Shown piece by piece: positions 63,905 to 64,000 of a stretch of 64,000 bases of DNA. The notes beneath the pieces were generated by a model, which had not been told where the DNA came from, ran no database searches, and was given only the letters and a program-made list of their open reading frames with translations. The number at the start of each line of letters is the position of its first letter. The stretch's first letter is position 1. The stretch covers positions 32,001-96,000 of IMG/VR virus record IMGVR_UViG_3300036800_000311; one strand, written 5' to 3'. The DNA comes from a virus. The translations under genes and the position numbers were made by a program.

Positions 63905-64000
63905 CCGATCAAGAGACCGAGCCCGAGGTCCCCCTCGTCCTCGGAGCCCGACGTCGCCGAGCGTACTTCTGCCCCCACAAGGAGTGCCTTCCGCCCCGGA
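63901..64000 (+). CDS. Hypothetical protein, 3' truncated
   Basis: SD AAGGAG + ATG; runs off the window. Confidence 0.5.
   Translation, partial: MTDQETEPEVPLVLGARRRRAYFCPHKECLPPR

Noticed and set aside
1-64000. Integrase/att site, DGR/retron, alternative genetic code
   Set aside because: No recombinase or reverse transcriptase motifs; TGA and TAG act as normal coupled stops throughout, so the single in-frame TGA does not indicate recoding

Overview
A GC-rich segment of a long-tailed (siphovirus-type) actinobacterial phage or prophage. The host is probably Thermoleophilia/Solirubrobacterales, inferred from the style of the NlpC/P60, Rpf-like and mIHF-like proteins. Layout: (1) 0-12.5 kb tail module: end of an HNH gene, tail assembly chaperone with a -1 frameshift, 2082-aa tape measure with transglycosylase and NlpC/P60 domains, and two lectin-bearing tail proteins. 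(2) 12.5-13.8 kb reverse-strand moron. (3) 13.8-17.4 kb lysis-type cassette: lipoprotein GH25-like muramidase, papain-like peptidase, holin, PLD. (4) 17.5-23.3 kb leftward run of small genes. (5) 23.5-30.6 kb accessory island: HNHs, two small-molecule methyltransferases, Rpf-like transglycosylase, an HNH ORF flanked by strongly base-paired non-coding sequence, and a Pro/Glu peptide + CxCG protein pair. (6) 30.6-64 kb rightward early/replication arm: C5 DNA methyltransferase with an overprinted second frame, RecT/Bet, HTH-WYL, ATP-grasp, Cas4-like exonuclease, DnaQ, Rep, DnaB with a class 3 intein, mIHF-like, DUF5131, helicase + m4C MTase, SNF2 with intein, broken PAPS reductase, Hjc, ThyX, DUF1643. 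A recurrent GTATACT promoter and a CTCCACCYACCA-GGAG leader box punctuate the genome. No capsid, terminase, integrase, tRNA or CRISPR was seen. All family calls come from motif recognition by eye, not database searches.
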